A stretch of 64,000 bases of DNA from Minisyncoccota bacterium (GTDB lineage: Bacteria > Patescibacteriota > Minisyncoccia > Phycocordibacterales > UBA9973). The DNA lies in the NCBI GenBank assembly GCA_036405895.1, contig DASWWS010000001.1:244468-308467 (forward strand). The letters run 5' to 3'. The notes under the pieces are model-generated. The model ran no database searches. It had not been told where the DNA came from and saw only the letters and a program-made list of their open reading frames with translations. Each line of letters begins with the position of its first letter. The first letter of the stretch is position 1. Positions 55,390-63,398 of the stretch are shown one piece after another. Made by a program: the position numbers and the translations under genes.

Positions 55390-55584
55390 TTATTGTGTTT
55401 GGTGTTTTCTTTCTATATAGAGAAGTCGAATTCCTATAAGTCCGGTGATGCAACCGCCGCCAAGTGTTGTAAGGAGTTGTTCGGGGGTCATATTCGGATT
55501 TCCTAAAGACGGAATCATCATAGTGGAAAGAACCACTGCCATAACAATAAGACATGCAAATGCAATTTGTTGTAAAGGAGTCAT
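55390..55584 (-). CDS. Small two-TM hypothetical protein (ORFan)
   Basis: 64 aa; TTGACA-16-TATAAT at 55611-55638; hairpin at ~55355-55376. Confidence 0.65.
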   Translation of the reverse strand: MTPLQQIAFACLIVMAVVLSTMMIPSLGNPNMTPEQLLTTLGGGCITGLIGIRLLYIERKHQTQ

Positions 55585-55645
55585 AATTTTTATTTAATTT
55601 TGTTTACAACATTATATCCTTTTTTAGGATAATGTCAAATGTGCC

Positions 55646-56200
55646 TTATTTTGCCTTGTACACTGAGACACGAGCCGGACGGAGGATGGATTCCCCGAGC
55701 TTGTAGCCTGGCTGGAGTACGCCGGATATCGTGTGAGCGAGGCCACTGTCCTCAGTCTCAGTTTCTGACACCGCTTCGTGAAGACTTGGATCAAAACTAT
55801 CCCCCACTGCGCCAAATACGCTGAAGCCTTTATCCTTAAGAGTGTTCATCAATTGCGCATAAATGTACTCTACACCGGTGCGCCAGCTTGCATCCACCTT
55901 CTCCCAGGCTTCTTTGTTGTTCATTGCAAGCGAAAAGCTGTCGACTACCGGAAGCAGTTCTTCGATAAAGGACTCTTCAACAATGCTTCGCATGCGCTTT
56001 TTGTCTTCGTCTGCACTCTTTACGACATTTGCGTAGTCGGCTCGTGCGCGCTGCCAGCCGTCGAGATATTCAGTCTTTTCCTTTTGGAGCACCTTTATTT
56101 TCTCTTTGAGTTTTTTGAGCTGGTCAGACCCCGAGAGCTCGGTGCCGTCTTCATTGCTTTCCACTATTTCTTCATCAAATACGATTTCGTCTTCTTCCAT
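55646..56200 (-). CDS. grpE: Nucleotide exchange factor GrpE
   Basis: WQRARADYAN, LLPVVDSF, FDPSLHEAV, GYKL...LRPARV. Confidence 0.95.
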   Translation of the reverse strand: MEEDEIVFDEEIVESNEDGTELSGSDQLKKLKEKIKVLQKEKTEYLDGWQRARADYANVVKSADEDKKRMRSIVEESFIEELLPVVDSFSLAMNNKEAWEKVDASWRTGVEYIYAQLMNTLKDKGFSVFGAVGDSFDPSLHEAVSETETEDSGLAHTISGVLQPGYKLGESILRPARVSVYKAK

Positions 56201-56271
56201 ATAGCCCTGATTATACCGATTTTTGGCAATAAAAAAAGCCCAGGTTCACTGGGACTTTCTGTTGATTGTTG

Positions 56272-56601
56272 TTACCATTTAATTTTTGGTGGTGCCTGTA
56301 CGAGTTTGGAGTTCTCTAATCGTTCTATTCGTTGACGATAATTCGCATATACTTCTTTAGTCAAAGTAATTTTAGAATTATACTTTCTAAACAGAAGCGT
56401 TGCATGAGTTTCGGTTTCGATAACTTCGTCAGGTTTCTCCAAGGAAAAGATCGCCATTCCAGTCCTTGTTTTCTGCTCAAAAGAAATTGTATCCTTTATA
56501 GCAATAATTTCAGGGACTGAACGATAATCTTTGTTACCCGTCTGGGCAAATAGTCTGATGCTTGCGGTGAAGCAAAAGAGCAATACCATAGTGAATTTCA
56601 T
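56272..56601 (-). CDS. Secreted hypothetical protein (ORFan)
   Basis: Signal peptide MKFTMVLLFCFTASIRLFA-Q; TTGACT-16-TATAAT at 56661-56688. Confidence 0.7.
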   Translation of the reverse strand: MKFTMVLLFCFTASIRLFAQTGNKDYRSVPEIIAIKDTISFEQKTRTGMAIFSLEKPDEVIETETHATLLFRKYNSKITLTKEVYANYRQRIERLENSKLVQAPPKIKW

Positions 56602-56704
56602 ATAGATTTGTTTTAAGAACAGTGATACGTAGTCCATAGCGTGCTTATTTAACTTTATTTATTATATCATTTATATAATAAAAGTCAATATATCATCATA
56701 TAAA

Positions 56705-56734
56705 CAAAAACACCCCCGCTTGGGGGTGTTTTTG
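56705..56734 (-). terminator. Terminator of the ribosomal protein cluster
   Basis: caaaaacaccccc-gctt-gggggtgtttttg just after rpsI. Confidence 0.85.
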
Positions 56735-56739
56735 AGAGA

Positions 56740-57144
56740 TTAACGCTTTGACCACTGTCCGGCTTTTCGAGCCTTCTTGAGACCGAATTTGCGGCGTTCT
56801 TTTGCGCGGGGATCGCGCTTGAGGAAGCCGTCGGTTTTGAGCTTGGTCTTGTCTTCTTCGTTCTCTTTAACGAGAGCACGAGAGATGCCGTGGCGCACTG
56901 CTTCTGCTTGAGAGTGAATACCACTTCCCTTCACGTGTACTGAAACGCCATATGACACTCCTACAGTCTTGAAAGGGTCAGTAACAATCTTCTGCAATTC
57001 TTCTGTTGGGAAGTAGGTTGCAAGGTCTTTGTCGTTGATTGTGTAAGACTCTTTTGTACCGAGCATCAAGCGAACGCGAGCGGTTGCAGTCTTGCGGCGG
57101 CCGATAGCTTCAGTGTATTTCTTTTTTGTAGTAGTTTTTTCCAT
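56740..57144 (-). CDS. rpsI: 30S ribosomal protein S9
   Basis: GRRKTATARV...ERRKFGLKKARKAGQWSKR. Confidence 0.97.
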   Translation of the reverse strand: MEKTTTKKKYTEAIGRRKTATARVRLMLGTKESYTINDKDLATYFPTEELQKIVTDPFKTVGVSYGVSVHVKGSGIHSQAEAVRHGISRALVKENEEDKTKLKTDGFLKRDPRAKERRKFGLKKARKAGQWSKR

Positions 57145-57163
57145 AGTATATAAATTCTCGAGA

Positions 57164-57508
57164 TTAATCAGTTACAGTGAGAGACTTCATCATTTCATTG
57201 CGAAGCTTGTTGTTAGGGAGCATGCCTTTTACAGCGAGCGTTACCACCTCACGGTAGCCTTTCTTCTCCACAACATGGGCCATGCTGGACTTCTTCAATC
57301 CGCCTGGATATCCACTGAAAGAGAGGTAGGTCTTTTCGATCATTTTCTGTCCTGGCACTTTGAGCTTGCCTGCATTGGTTACTTCAACAGTATTTCCTGA
57401 AAGATTGTTCTTTGTGAAGTTCACAGAGTTCTTGCCCATCAAAAGCACAGCTACTTCTGTAGCGAGGCGTCCGAGTGATTTTCCTGTTGCGTCGATAGTG
57501 TAATTCAT
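57164..57508 (-). CDS. rplM: 50S ribosomal protein L13 (short form)
   Basis: IDATGKSLGRLATEVA..LMGK, SGYPGGL, AVKGMLP. Confidence 0.95.
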   Translation of the reverse strand: MNYTIDATGKSLGRLATEVAVLLMGKNSVNFTKNNLSGNTVEVTNAGKLKVPGQKMIEKTYLSFSGYPGGLKKSSMAHVVEKKGYREVVTLAVKGMLPNNKLRNEMMKSLTVTD

Positions 57509-57518
57509 AGTGATAAGA

Positions 57519-57875
57519 TTATTGAACGAATTCGATTACTGCCATAGGACTTGCGTCGCTCTTGCGGAGTGCAAGCTTGATGATGCGGGTGTACCCTCCA
57601 TCACGCGTTGCATAGCGAGGCGCAATGTCTGAGATAAGCTTTGTTGCAACAGCTTCGTTGTTGTAAAAGCCTCCGAGGAGCAAGCGGCGGTTTGCAAGAG
57701 TTGGGTTCTTTGCCTTGGTAACCATTTTCTCAACAGCTGGGCGAAGTTCTTTTGCCTTTGCTTCAGTCGTCATAATGCGACCGTGAGTAATCAAAGATGC
57801 AGCAAGCCCCTTCAAAAGAGCTGAACGCTGGTTCTTTGGTCGGCCGAATTTTCTGTTTGCATTATGGTGTCGCAT
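57519..57875 (-). CDS. rplQ: 50S ribosomal protein L17
   Basis: MRH...I.TTEAKAKELR...R.GGYTRIIK. Confidence 0.97.
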   Translation of the reverse strand: MRHHNANRKFGRPKNQRSALLKGLAASLITHGRIMTTEAKAKELRPAVEKMVTKAKNPTLANRRLLLGGFYNNEAVATKLISDIAPRYATRDGGYTRIIKLALRKSDASPMAVIEFVQ

Positions 57876-57903
57876 GATAAAATTGAGTCTGTACTATAGC
57901 GTA

Positions 57904-58911
57904 TTAATCCTTCAAAGACAAGTTAAAGACTGCGAGGGCTTCGCGGATTTCTGTAATCCCCTTGTCTCCAATGCCGTCAATCTCCAAAAGGTCTGTTACG
58001 TGCTTGCGTGCAATACCCCCTACAGTGCGGATATTTGCCGCTGAGAGCGCGTTGAGCGTGCGAGTTGAGAGTCCGATAGAGTCGATGCGGTTCTTGAGCA
58101 CATCGGTCACATCAACACCGTCTTCTTCGCTACCAGCTGGTGCTGAATCTTCTTCGCTTTCAAGCGCTGCAACTGGTGCCTTTGCAGCTACTGTTGCCTG
58201 AACTGCGGCAATCACTTCTCCTGAGTCAACTGACACAATAGCAGCGAGCTGGTCGATCATAGTGCGCACTGAAGACTCCAATGCTTCTCGGGGAGAAAGA
58301 GTACCATCAGTTTCGATAGTCATTCGAAGGCGGTTAAAGTTTGTCTTGTCGCCAACGCGCATTTCTTCTACGTCGTAGCTTACGCGGCGAATTGGAGAGA
58401 AAATAGCATCGAGAAAGATTGTACCGATGTCAGCTTTTTGCTTGTGGTGTGCATCGCGAGAAACAAATCCAAGACCGCGCTCGATAGTGAGCTCGATGTT
58501 GAGACCAACTTTCCCAGTGATTTCGCAAATGTACTGCTCTGGGTTTGCAACAGATACAGCACCGTTTGCAGTGATGTCAGCTGCTGTTACCATTTTCGGG
58601 CCCTTTGCTGAAAGGACAACAGTTGCAGGCTCGTCAGTTGCAAGACCAAAGCGAATGTTCTTGAGGTTCAAAAGAATAGTAATGACATCTTCTTTAACGC
58701 CATCCATTGTGGAAAATTCGTGAGAAACACCATCAATCTTTACCGCAGTCACTGCAGCACCTTCAAGAGATGAAAGAATAATGCGGCGGAGAGAGTTTCC
58801 AAGGGTGTAGCCGTAACCTGGTACGAGACCGTCGATTTCGAATACGCCTTTGTTTGCTTCTTCAAGTACTGCTTTTGGTTTTGATGGGAGGAGGATAGTT
58901 TGTTCGCTCAT
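57904..58911 (-). CDS. rpoA: RNA polymerase subunit alpha
   Basis: GYGYTLGNSLRRIILSSL, HEFSTMDGVKED, DAIFSPI; start MSEQT at 58911. Confidence 0.97.
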   Translation of the reverse strand: MSEQTILLPSKPKAVLEEANKGVFEIDGLVPGYGYTLGNSLRRIILSSLEGAAVTAVKIDGVSHEFSTMDGVKEDVITILLNLKNIRFGLATDEPATVVLSAKGPKMVTAADITANGAVSVANPEQYICEITGKVGLNIELTIERGLGFVSRDAHHKQKADIGTIFLDAIFSPIRRVSYDVEEMRVGDKTNFNRLRMTIETDGTLSPREALESSVRTMIDQLAAIVSVDSGEVIAAVQATVAAKAPVAALESEEDSAPAGSEEDGVDVTDVLKNRIDSIGLSTRTLNALSAANIRTVGGIARKHVTDLLEIDGIGDKGITEIREALAVFNLSLKD

Positions 58912-58960
58912 GGTGTTATATAATACAATTATTTTGTAATTATTGCAATGGTGTGTTCTA

Positions 58961-59572
58961 TTATCGGCTATAGAACTCAAGAACGGTGTCGAGCTGCAAG
59001 AACTGTTCGTCGTTTTTTGGTTTCGCTACCACCTCTGCTGTCAGAGACTCAGGCGTGAGCTTGAGCCAAGTAGGCCAGGTGTAGTCTTTTACTTTTGTAC
59101 TAAAATCGGTGAAAATCGGGCTTTTACGTGAACCTTCACGCACCGCAATAACATCGCCTACGTGAATCTGCTGACTCGGGATCGTAGACTTCTTGCCGTT
59201 GACGGTAAAGTGGCCGTGGCTTGCGAGCTGGCGCGCGAAACGGCGGGTTCCAGCAAAACCAAGGCGGTAAATAACGTTGTCGAGACGGTTTTCAAGCTGC
59301 TCGTAGAGTTTGTCGGTTACCGGCATCCCCTTCACGTGGGTTGCTGTTTCAACATAGTTCCCCAGCTGGCGCTCGCTAATGCCGTATGAGAAGCGCACTT
59401 TCTGCTTCTCAATAAGCTGAGTACCGTAGTCGCTCATAGCCTTTGGGCGCTTGCCCTTTGTTGTTGTGCGAGTTTTCTTGTCTGCACTGGTAACATATTT
59501 TGCGGTCTGGCATTTTTCGAACATTCCTGCTCCCAGACGGCGGCACATTTTGTATTTTGCGATAGTATTCAT
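58961..59572 (-). CDS. rpsD: 30S ribosomal protein S4
   Basis: SDYGTQLIEKQK, LENRLDNVIYRLGFA..RRFARQL.SHGH. Confidence 0.97.
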   Translation of the reverse strand: MNTIAKYKMCRRLGAGMFEKCQTAKYVTSADKKTRTTTKGKRPKAMSDYGTQLIEKQKVRFSYGISERQLGNYVETATHVKGMPVTDKLYEQLENRLDNVIYRLGFAGTRRFARQLASHGHFTVNGKKSTIPSQQIHVGDVIAVREGSRKSPIFTDFSTKVKDYTWPTWLKLTPESLTAEVVAKPKNDEQFLQLDTVLEFYSR

Positions 59573-59578
59573 AAAATT

Positions 59579-60013
59579 TTAAACTCTTCGAGGTTTCTTA
59601 GGCTTTGGACCGTTGTGCGGAACCGGTGTTTCGTCGCGAATACCGAGAAGCTCGATTCCTGTTCCTACGAATCCGCGAATCAATGGCTCACGGCCGCTTC
59701 CGACTCCTTTCACCAGTACGCGGCACTCCTTGATGCCAAGCACAGTAGCTTTTTCAGAGAGGATTTCTCCTACCTTTGATGCAGCAAATGGAGTTCCCTT
59801 TTTTGCACCCTTAAAGCCAAGAGATCCGGCTGAAGACCAGAAAAGGACGTTCCCCTTAAGGTCGCTTACCACGGCTTTAGTGTTGTTAAATGTCGCTTCA
59901 ATAGCAAGGATACAGGTAGTAACCTTCTTTTTTGGTGTACGCGCGCCTTGGCGAGTGCGAGCATTCGCATCTACCAACTGTCCTTCTTGTGTTGCAATTC
60001 TTTTTTTACCCAT
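59579..60013 (-). CDS. rpsK: 30S ribosomal protein S11
   Basis: ATFNNT, GFKGAKKGTPFAA, DETPVPHNG. Confidence 0.97.
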   Translation of the reverse strand: MGKKRIATQEGQLVDANARTRQGARTPKKKVTTCILAIEATFNNTKAVVSDLKGNVLFWSSAGSLGFKGAKKGTPFAASKVGEILSEKATVLGIKECRVLVKGVGSGREPLIRGFVGTGIELLGIRDETPVPHNGPKPKKPRRV

Positions 60014-60024
60014 ACTACTATTGA

Positions 60025-60405
60025 TTATGTTTTACTTTCCTTACGACGTCCGCTTCCCATCGTGTTTCGAACGTTTCCACGAACAGTACGAGAGTTGGTC
60101 TTGGTGCGCTGGCCGTTTACCGGAAGGCGCTTGGTGTGGCGAGTGCCGCGGTAGCATTTGATATCTTTGAGGCGCTTTACGTTTCCAGAGATTTCGCGCT
60201 TGAGGTTTCCTTCGATAGTGCGTTCTTCAACGTCCTTACGGATTGCAGCTTCCTGCTCAAGCGTTACGTCAGCACCCTTTGTTTCAGGAGTTACTCCGTT
60301 TGCAAGGAGGATTTTTGTTGCTGTGACACGTCCAATACCATAAAGGGTAGTGAGTCCGATGTCGAGTCTTTTTTCATTAGGGATGTTGATTCCGAGGATA
60401 CGCAT
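60025..60405 (-). CDS. rpsM: 30S ribosomal protein S13
   Basis: RILGINIP, LYGIG, YRGTRH..RLPVNGQRTKTNSRT. Confidence 0.97.
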   Translation of the reverse strand: MRILGINIPNEKRLDIGLTTLYGIGRVTATKILLANGVTPETKGADVTLEQEAAIRKDVEERTIEGNLKREISGNVKRLKDIKCYRGTRHTKRLPVNGQRTKTNSRTVRGNVRNTMGSGRRKESKT

Positions 60406-60408
60406 GGT

Positions 60409-60519
60409 TTATTGTTTTTGCTTATGTTTTGGGTTATCGCAAATCACCACCAAATGCCGATTGCGCTTTACAATCTTACACTTATCGCACATTTTTTTAA
60501 CGGTTGATTTGACTTTCAT
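60409..60519 (-). CDS. rpmJ: 50S ribosomal protein L36 (not in the ORF track)
   Basis: [36 protein letters not shown], between infA and rpsM. Confidence 0.95.
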   Translation of the reverse strand: MKVKSTVKKMCDKCKIVKRNRHLVVICDNPKHKQKQ

Positions 60520-60580
60520 ACAAAATAATAATATTGAAAAATTCGGACACAAAATCGAGTCGCGGCCTAGTATACACTAT

Positions 60581-60790
60581 CTACATTCTCCTGACAATAC
60601 GCCCCTTTCCCCCGTAGGGGTCAATGATCACTTCAACAGTGTCACCGACCAATACTTTGATGCGGTGCAGTCTCATTTTGCCAGCCAAATAGGCGACAAG
60701 AACGGTGCCGTTTTCAAGTTCCACTCGAAACATAGTGTTAGGAAGTGCTTCTTGAATTGTGCCTCGAACTGATTCTGCTTGTGTTTGCAT
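60581..60790 (-). CDS. infA: Translation initiation factor IF-1
   Basis: [15 protein letters not shown]...[14 protein letters not shown]. Confidence 0.96.
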   Translation of the reverse strand: MQTQAESVRGTIQEALPNTMFRVELENGTVLVAYLAGKMRLHRIKVLVGDTVEVIIDPYGGKGRIVRRM

Positions 60791-60836
60791 GTGTTACAAG
60801 GGACACTATACTAGAATTCCCCGAAGCGGTCAACTG

Positions 60837-62105
60837 TTAGTTGACTACTACCGTTATACGGTCTTGATTGCTTGGGAAAAAGGGTGCCCAAAACGGATAT
60901 AGTGTGTATCGCGCCTCCTCTATTTCAGCCACTTCTTGAAGTGCTGTGGTGAAAGAGCGCCGTGGAACTCCTAAAACAGCCTGTGCCACTTTTTCGGTGT
61001 TCACGTTCGTAATAAGAGTGCCGGTGCCTGAAAGCGAGATAGTAAGCGTGTCGGGAACCTTGCTCGCATCTGTTGGAATGGCAGAAATTGGCTCGACTTC
61101 AATATCGCCAAGTGCAGGAATAGAAACAGCCGGGTAGGTATGGTCGCTCACTACTTTTGCCGCAATAGCGCTTTCAAGCAAGTCGCGTCGAATCAGGTAC
61201 GATACCATTGTTCCGGAAATGCTCGCCGGGAACTTGATGTCGTTTCCTTTGATGGTAAGCGAGTCACGATCAATCGTAATAAATTGCAAGTTGGGGAACG
61301 TAATATATTCGCCAGGGATTGCCGCACGGGTCTCGCGCTTTAATTTTTCTGCCAAGTCGGCCTGGAGAGAGAGAATTGCTTCCTCTTTGTCGCTTTCGGT
61401 CAATACATGAGCCATGCCCGCTTCCCCACCCGTAATGGCGCCGGCGCTTCGCGCATAAATCTGCTTGCTGGTGTAGCCTGCCACCGTAAAGCTTGTGCCG
61501 TCGGTATTGTAGCTCTCTCCAACATCAGCCGCAGTCACTGTCACTTGAGGGCTTGTCCCCGCCTTCTTTACTTTGCTCACTGTGGTATAGCCTGGAATTG
61601 TTACCGCAGACTGAGTGATGTATTTCTTGCCATTTGCCGCCGTCAGCGTTGTTCCGCTTTTAATAGTTACATTTTTTGTACTGTTTTCATTGAAAAGCAC
61701 CACCTTCCCCGATGCTTTTGTATTGCTCTGCTGCAACGCGGACGCATAGATTTGGCGAGTAACATCGGTTGTCACCACCATTGCCTGAAATGACAATCGG
61801 TCTGCATCTGCTGTTTTTTCTTCGGCCATATCAAGCTGCAGTGAATCAAAGGAGAATGGAATGTGCCGCTCGGTCACTGTCACTCGTGCATGCACGAGCT
61901 TCATGCCCACAACATACAAGAGTGCGATAAATATCACGGCCCCAGCAACCACTGCAAGCGAGCGCCACGAAAACTTTTTTCGCGGAATACGGCTTCGACC
62001 GGTGCTCTGCAATTCTTCCGGGTACTCTGGAGTGTTTACTTCTTCGATTACTGTGCCGTTTTTTTCAAGTTCTTCTTTGCGGATAACGTCGTAGAGTTTC
62101 ATCAT
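60837..62105 (-). CDS. Single-pass membrane protein with baseplate-J-like extracytoplasmic region
   Basis: TM at ~48-66; KASGKVVLFN...IKSGTTL....GKKY....VTIPG...VTAADVGESYN....ITGG pattern. Confidence 0.7.
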   Translation of the reverse strand: MMKLYDVIRKEELEKNGTVIEEVNTPEYPEELQSTGRSRIPRKKFSWRSLAVVAGAVIFIALLYVVGMKLVHARVTVTERHIPFSFDSLQLDMAEEKTADADRLSFQAMVVTTDVTRQIYASALQQSNTKASGKVVLFNENSTKNVTIKSGTTLTAANGKKYITQSAVTIPGYTTVSKVKKAGTSPQVTVTAADVGESYNTDGTSFTVAGYTSKQIYARSAGAITGGEAGMAHVLTESDKEEAILSLQADLAEKLKRETRAAIPGEYITFPNLQFITIDRDSLTIKGNDIKFPASISGTMVSYLIRRDLLESAIAAKVVSDHTYPAVSIPALGDIEVEPISAIPTDASKVPDTLTISLSGTGTLITNVNTEKVAQAVLGVPRRSFTTALQEVAEIEEARYTLYPFWAPFFPSNQDRITVVVN

Positions 62106-62122
62106 GCAAGTATTGTATTACA

Positions 62123-63316
62123 TCACTCAACCAATAAAAAGCTTTCAACAAACAAGAGTCCTACACCAAGAGGTATGTCGAGTGCAGTATCAGGCGCACT
62201 CTTCACAGATTTTTCAAGTGTTTCTGTTGTAACGATTGTCGAAGAGATTGGTGTATTCGAACGGTGCGCAAGGTACGGGTCGGTAGTGATAGCGCGCTGC
62301 ACAAGCTGTACAAAATGCGGGTCTACAACGGTGAACCATTGCGGCGGAAGCGTGAAGCCGTAGTGTCCCTCATCAATAACGCTTTGCAAGCCTTTCTGCC
62401 AGGTAGCGGTAAATGCGGCAAGAGACTTTTCGACAGTTTGCTTGGCGCCGTCCGAGAGCTTTTGCAATCCATAACTTTCAAGGACCGAAATTGCCTCAGC
62501 AGCAGTGTGATTCCCTTCGGCGGAAAGTGCGCGATAGAGCTCGTAGGTGCCCACAGGAAATGAGTGCTGGTATAAAAAGAGTTCGTCTTTGATGAAGGCG
62601 ACATCAGTCACCTCTTCTCCAACGTCTACAATCACGCTCTCATGTGTTGCCGCAGCACGGCTTCGCAAGCTCACAAACGTTGCGTACGCACTTGTCGTAA
62701 TACCGATTGGGCGTGTGCCGTACAAACGCTTAAGCAGGTCCGTAAACTGGTCCAATACTTTTTTCGGTGCAATAGTAACCGTCAAATACACCTCTATGGA
62801 TGTTGCGCGCTTGCCGTAGGGTGTGTGCGTCACATAGCCGTTGAGCTTTATCAAAGAGAGCTGCTTTTCAACAATAGAGTACTCGGTCCCCAGTGCACCA
62901 AAGCGGTCCGTTTCGTTTTTCAAAATGTATTCGATTTCCTTATCGACAAGACTGTGCACGAGCTTTTCCGTACAGACAAAAGGAGTGGGCTTATTAAAAA
63001 AAATGGTGCGGGTCTGGGAGGTGTACCACGGAGATGCAAGGACAACCTGAATATATTCCGGATGATGCACATCGCGCTTACGGATATCGGTCGCTACGGT
63101 CTCCAGACCCTTCAGTGCTTCTGCGACAAAGCGCTCAATATTGAGTTCAGTCTGTAGGGGCGCTTGCGTGCGTGATTGCGCAAGCACTGCAGCTTTTTCA
63201 ACAAGAGGGATTTCCCCATGTGCAGCTTTTTTAATCAGCGCATGCGCACCACCGACGCTGCTTGAGCTGATATCAAACACTGCAACAGGAATGCTTCGCA
63301 CTTTCGGAATGGACAT
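62123..63316 (-). CDS. FtsA/PilM-like actin-fold protein
   Basis: Two phosphate-loop-like motifs, VFDISSSSVGG and IVDVGEEVTDV; start MSIPK at 63316. Confidence 0.7.
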   Translation of the reverse strand: MSIPKVRSIPVAVFDISSSSVGGAHALIKKAAHGEIPLVEKAAVLAQSRTQAPLQTELNIERFVAEALKGLETVATDIRKRDVHHPEYIQVVLASPWYTSQTRTIFFNKPTPFVCTEKLVHSLVDKEIEYILKNETDRFGALGTEYSIVEKQLSLIKLNGYVTHTPYGKRATSIEVYLTVTIAPKKVLDQFTDLLKRLYGTRPIGITTSAYATFVSLRSRAAATHESVIVDVGEEVTDVAFIKDELFLYQHSFPVGTYELYRALSAEGNHTAAEAISVLESYGLQKLSDGAKQTVEKSLAAFTATWQKGLQSVIDEGHYGFTLPPQWFTVVDPHFVQLVQRAITTDPYLAHRSNTPISSTIVTTETLEKSVKSAPDTALDIPLGVGLLFVESFLLVE

Positions 63317-63362
63317 GAATACAGTATACGAGAGAAAGTACAAAGTCGAAAGCAATTTACAC

Positions 63363-63393
63363 TCACCTAACGAGGACGGTCCTCGTTAGGTGA
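63363..63393. repeat. REP-like hairpin with AGG-ACGGT-CCT core
   Basis: tcacctaacgagg-acggt-cctcgttaggtga, 5 nt after the alaS stop. Confidence 0.75.
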
Positions 63394-63398
63394 AGATT

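Noticed and set aside
60837-62105. Baseplate-J-like gene as evidence of a prophage
   Set aside because: It has a TM anchor, sits among core genes, and no capsid, tail, large terminase or integrase genes are present.
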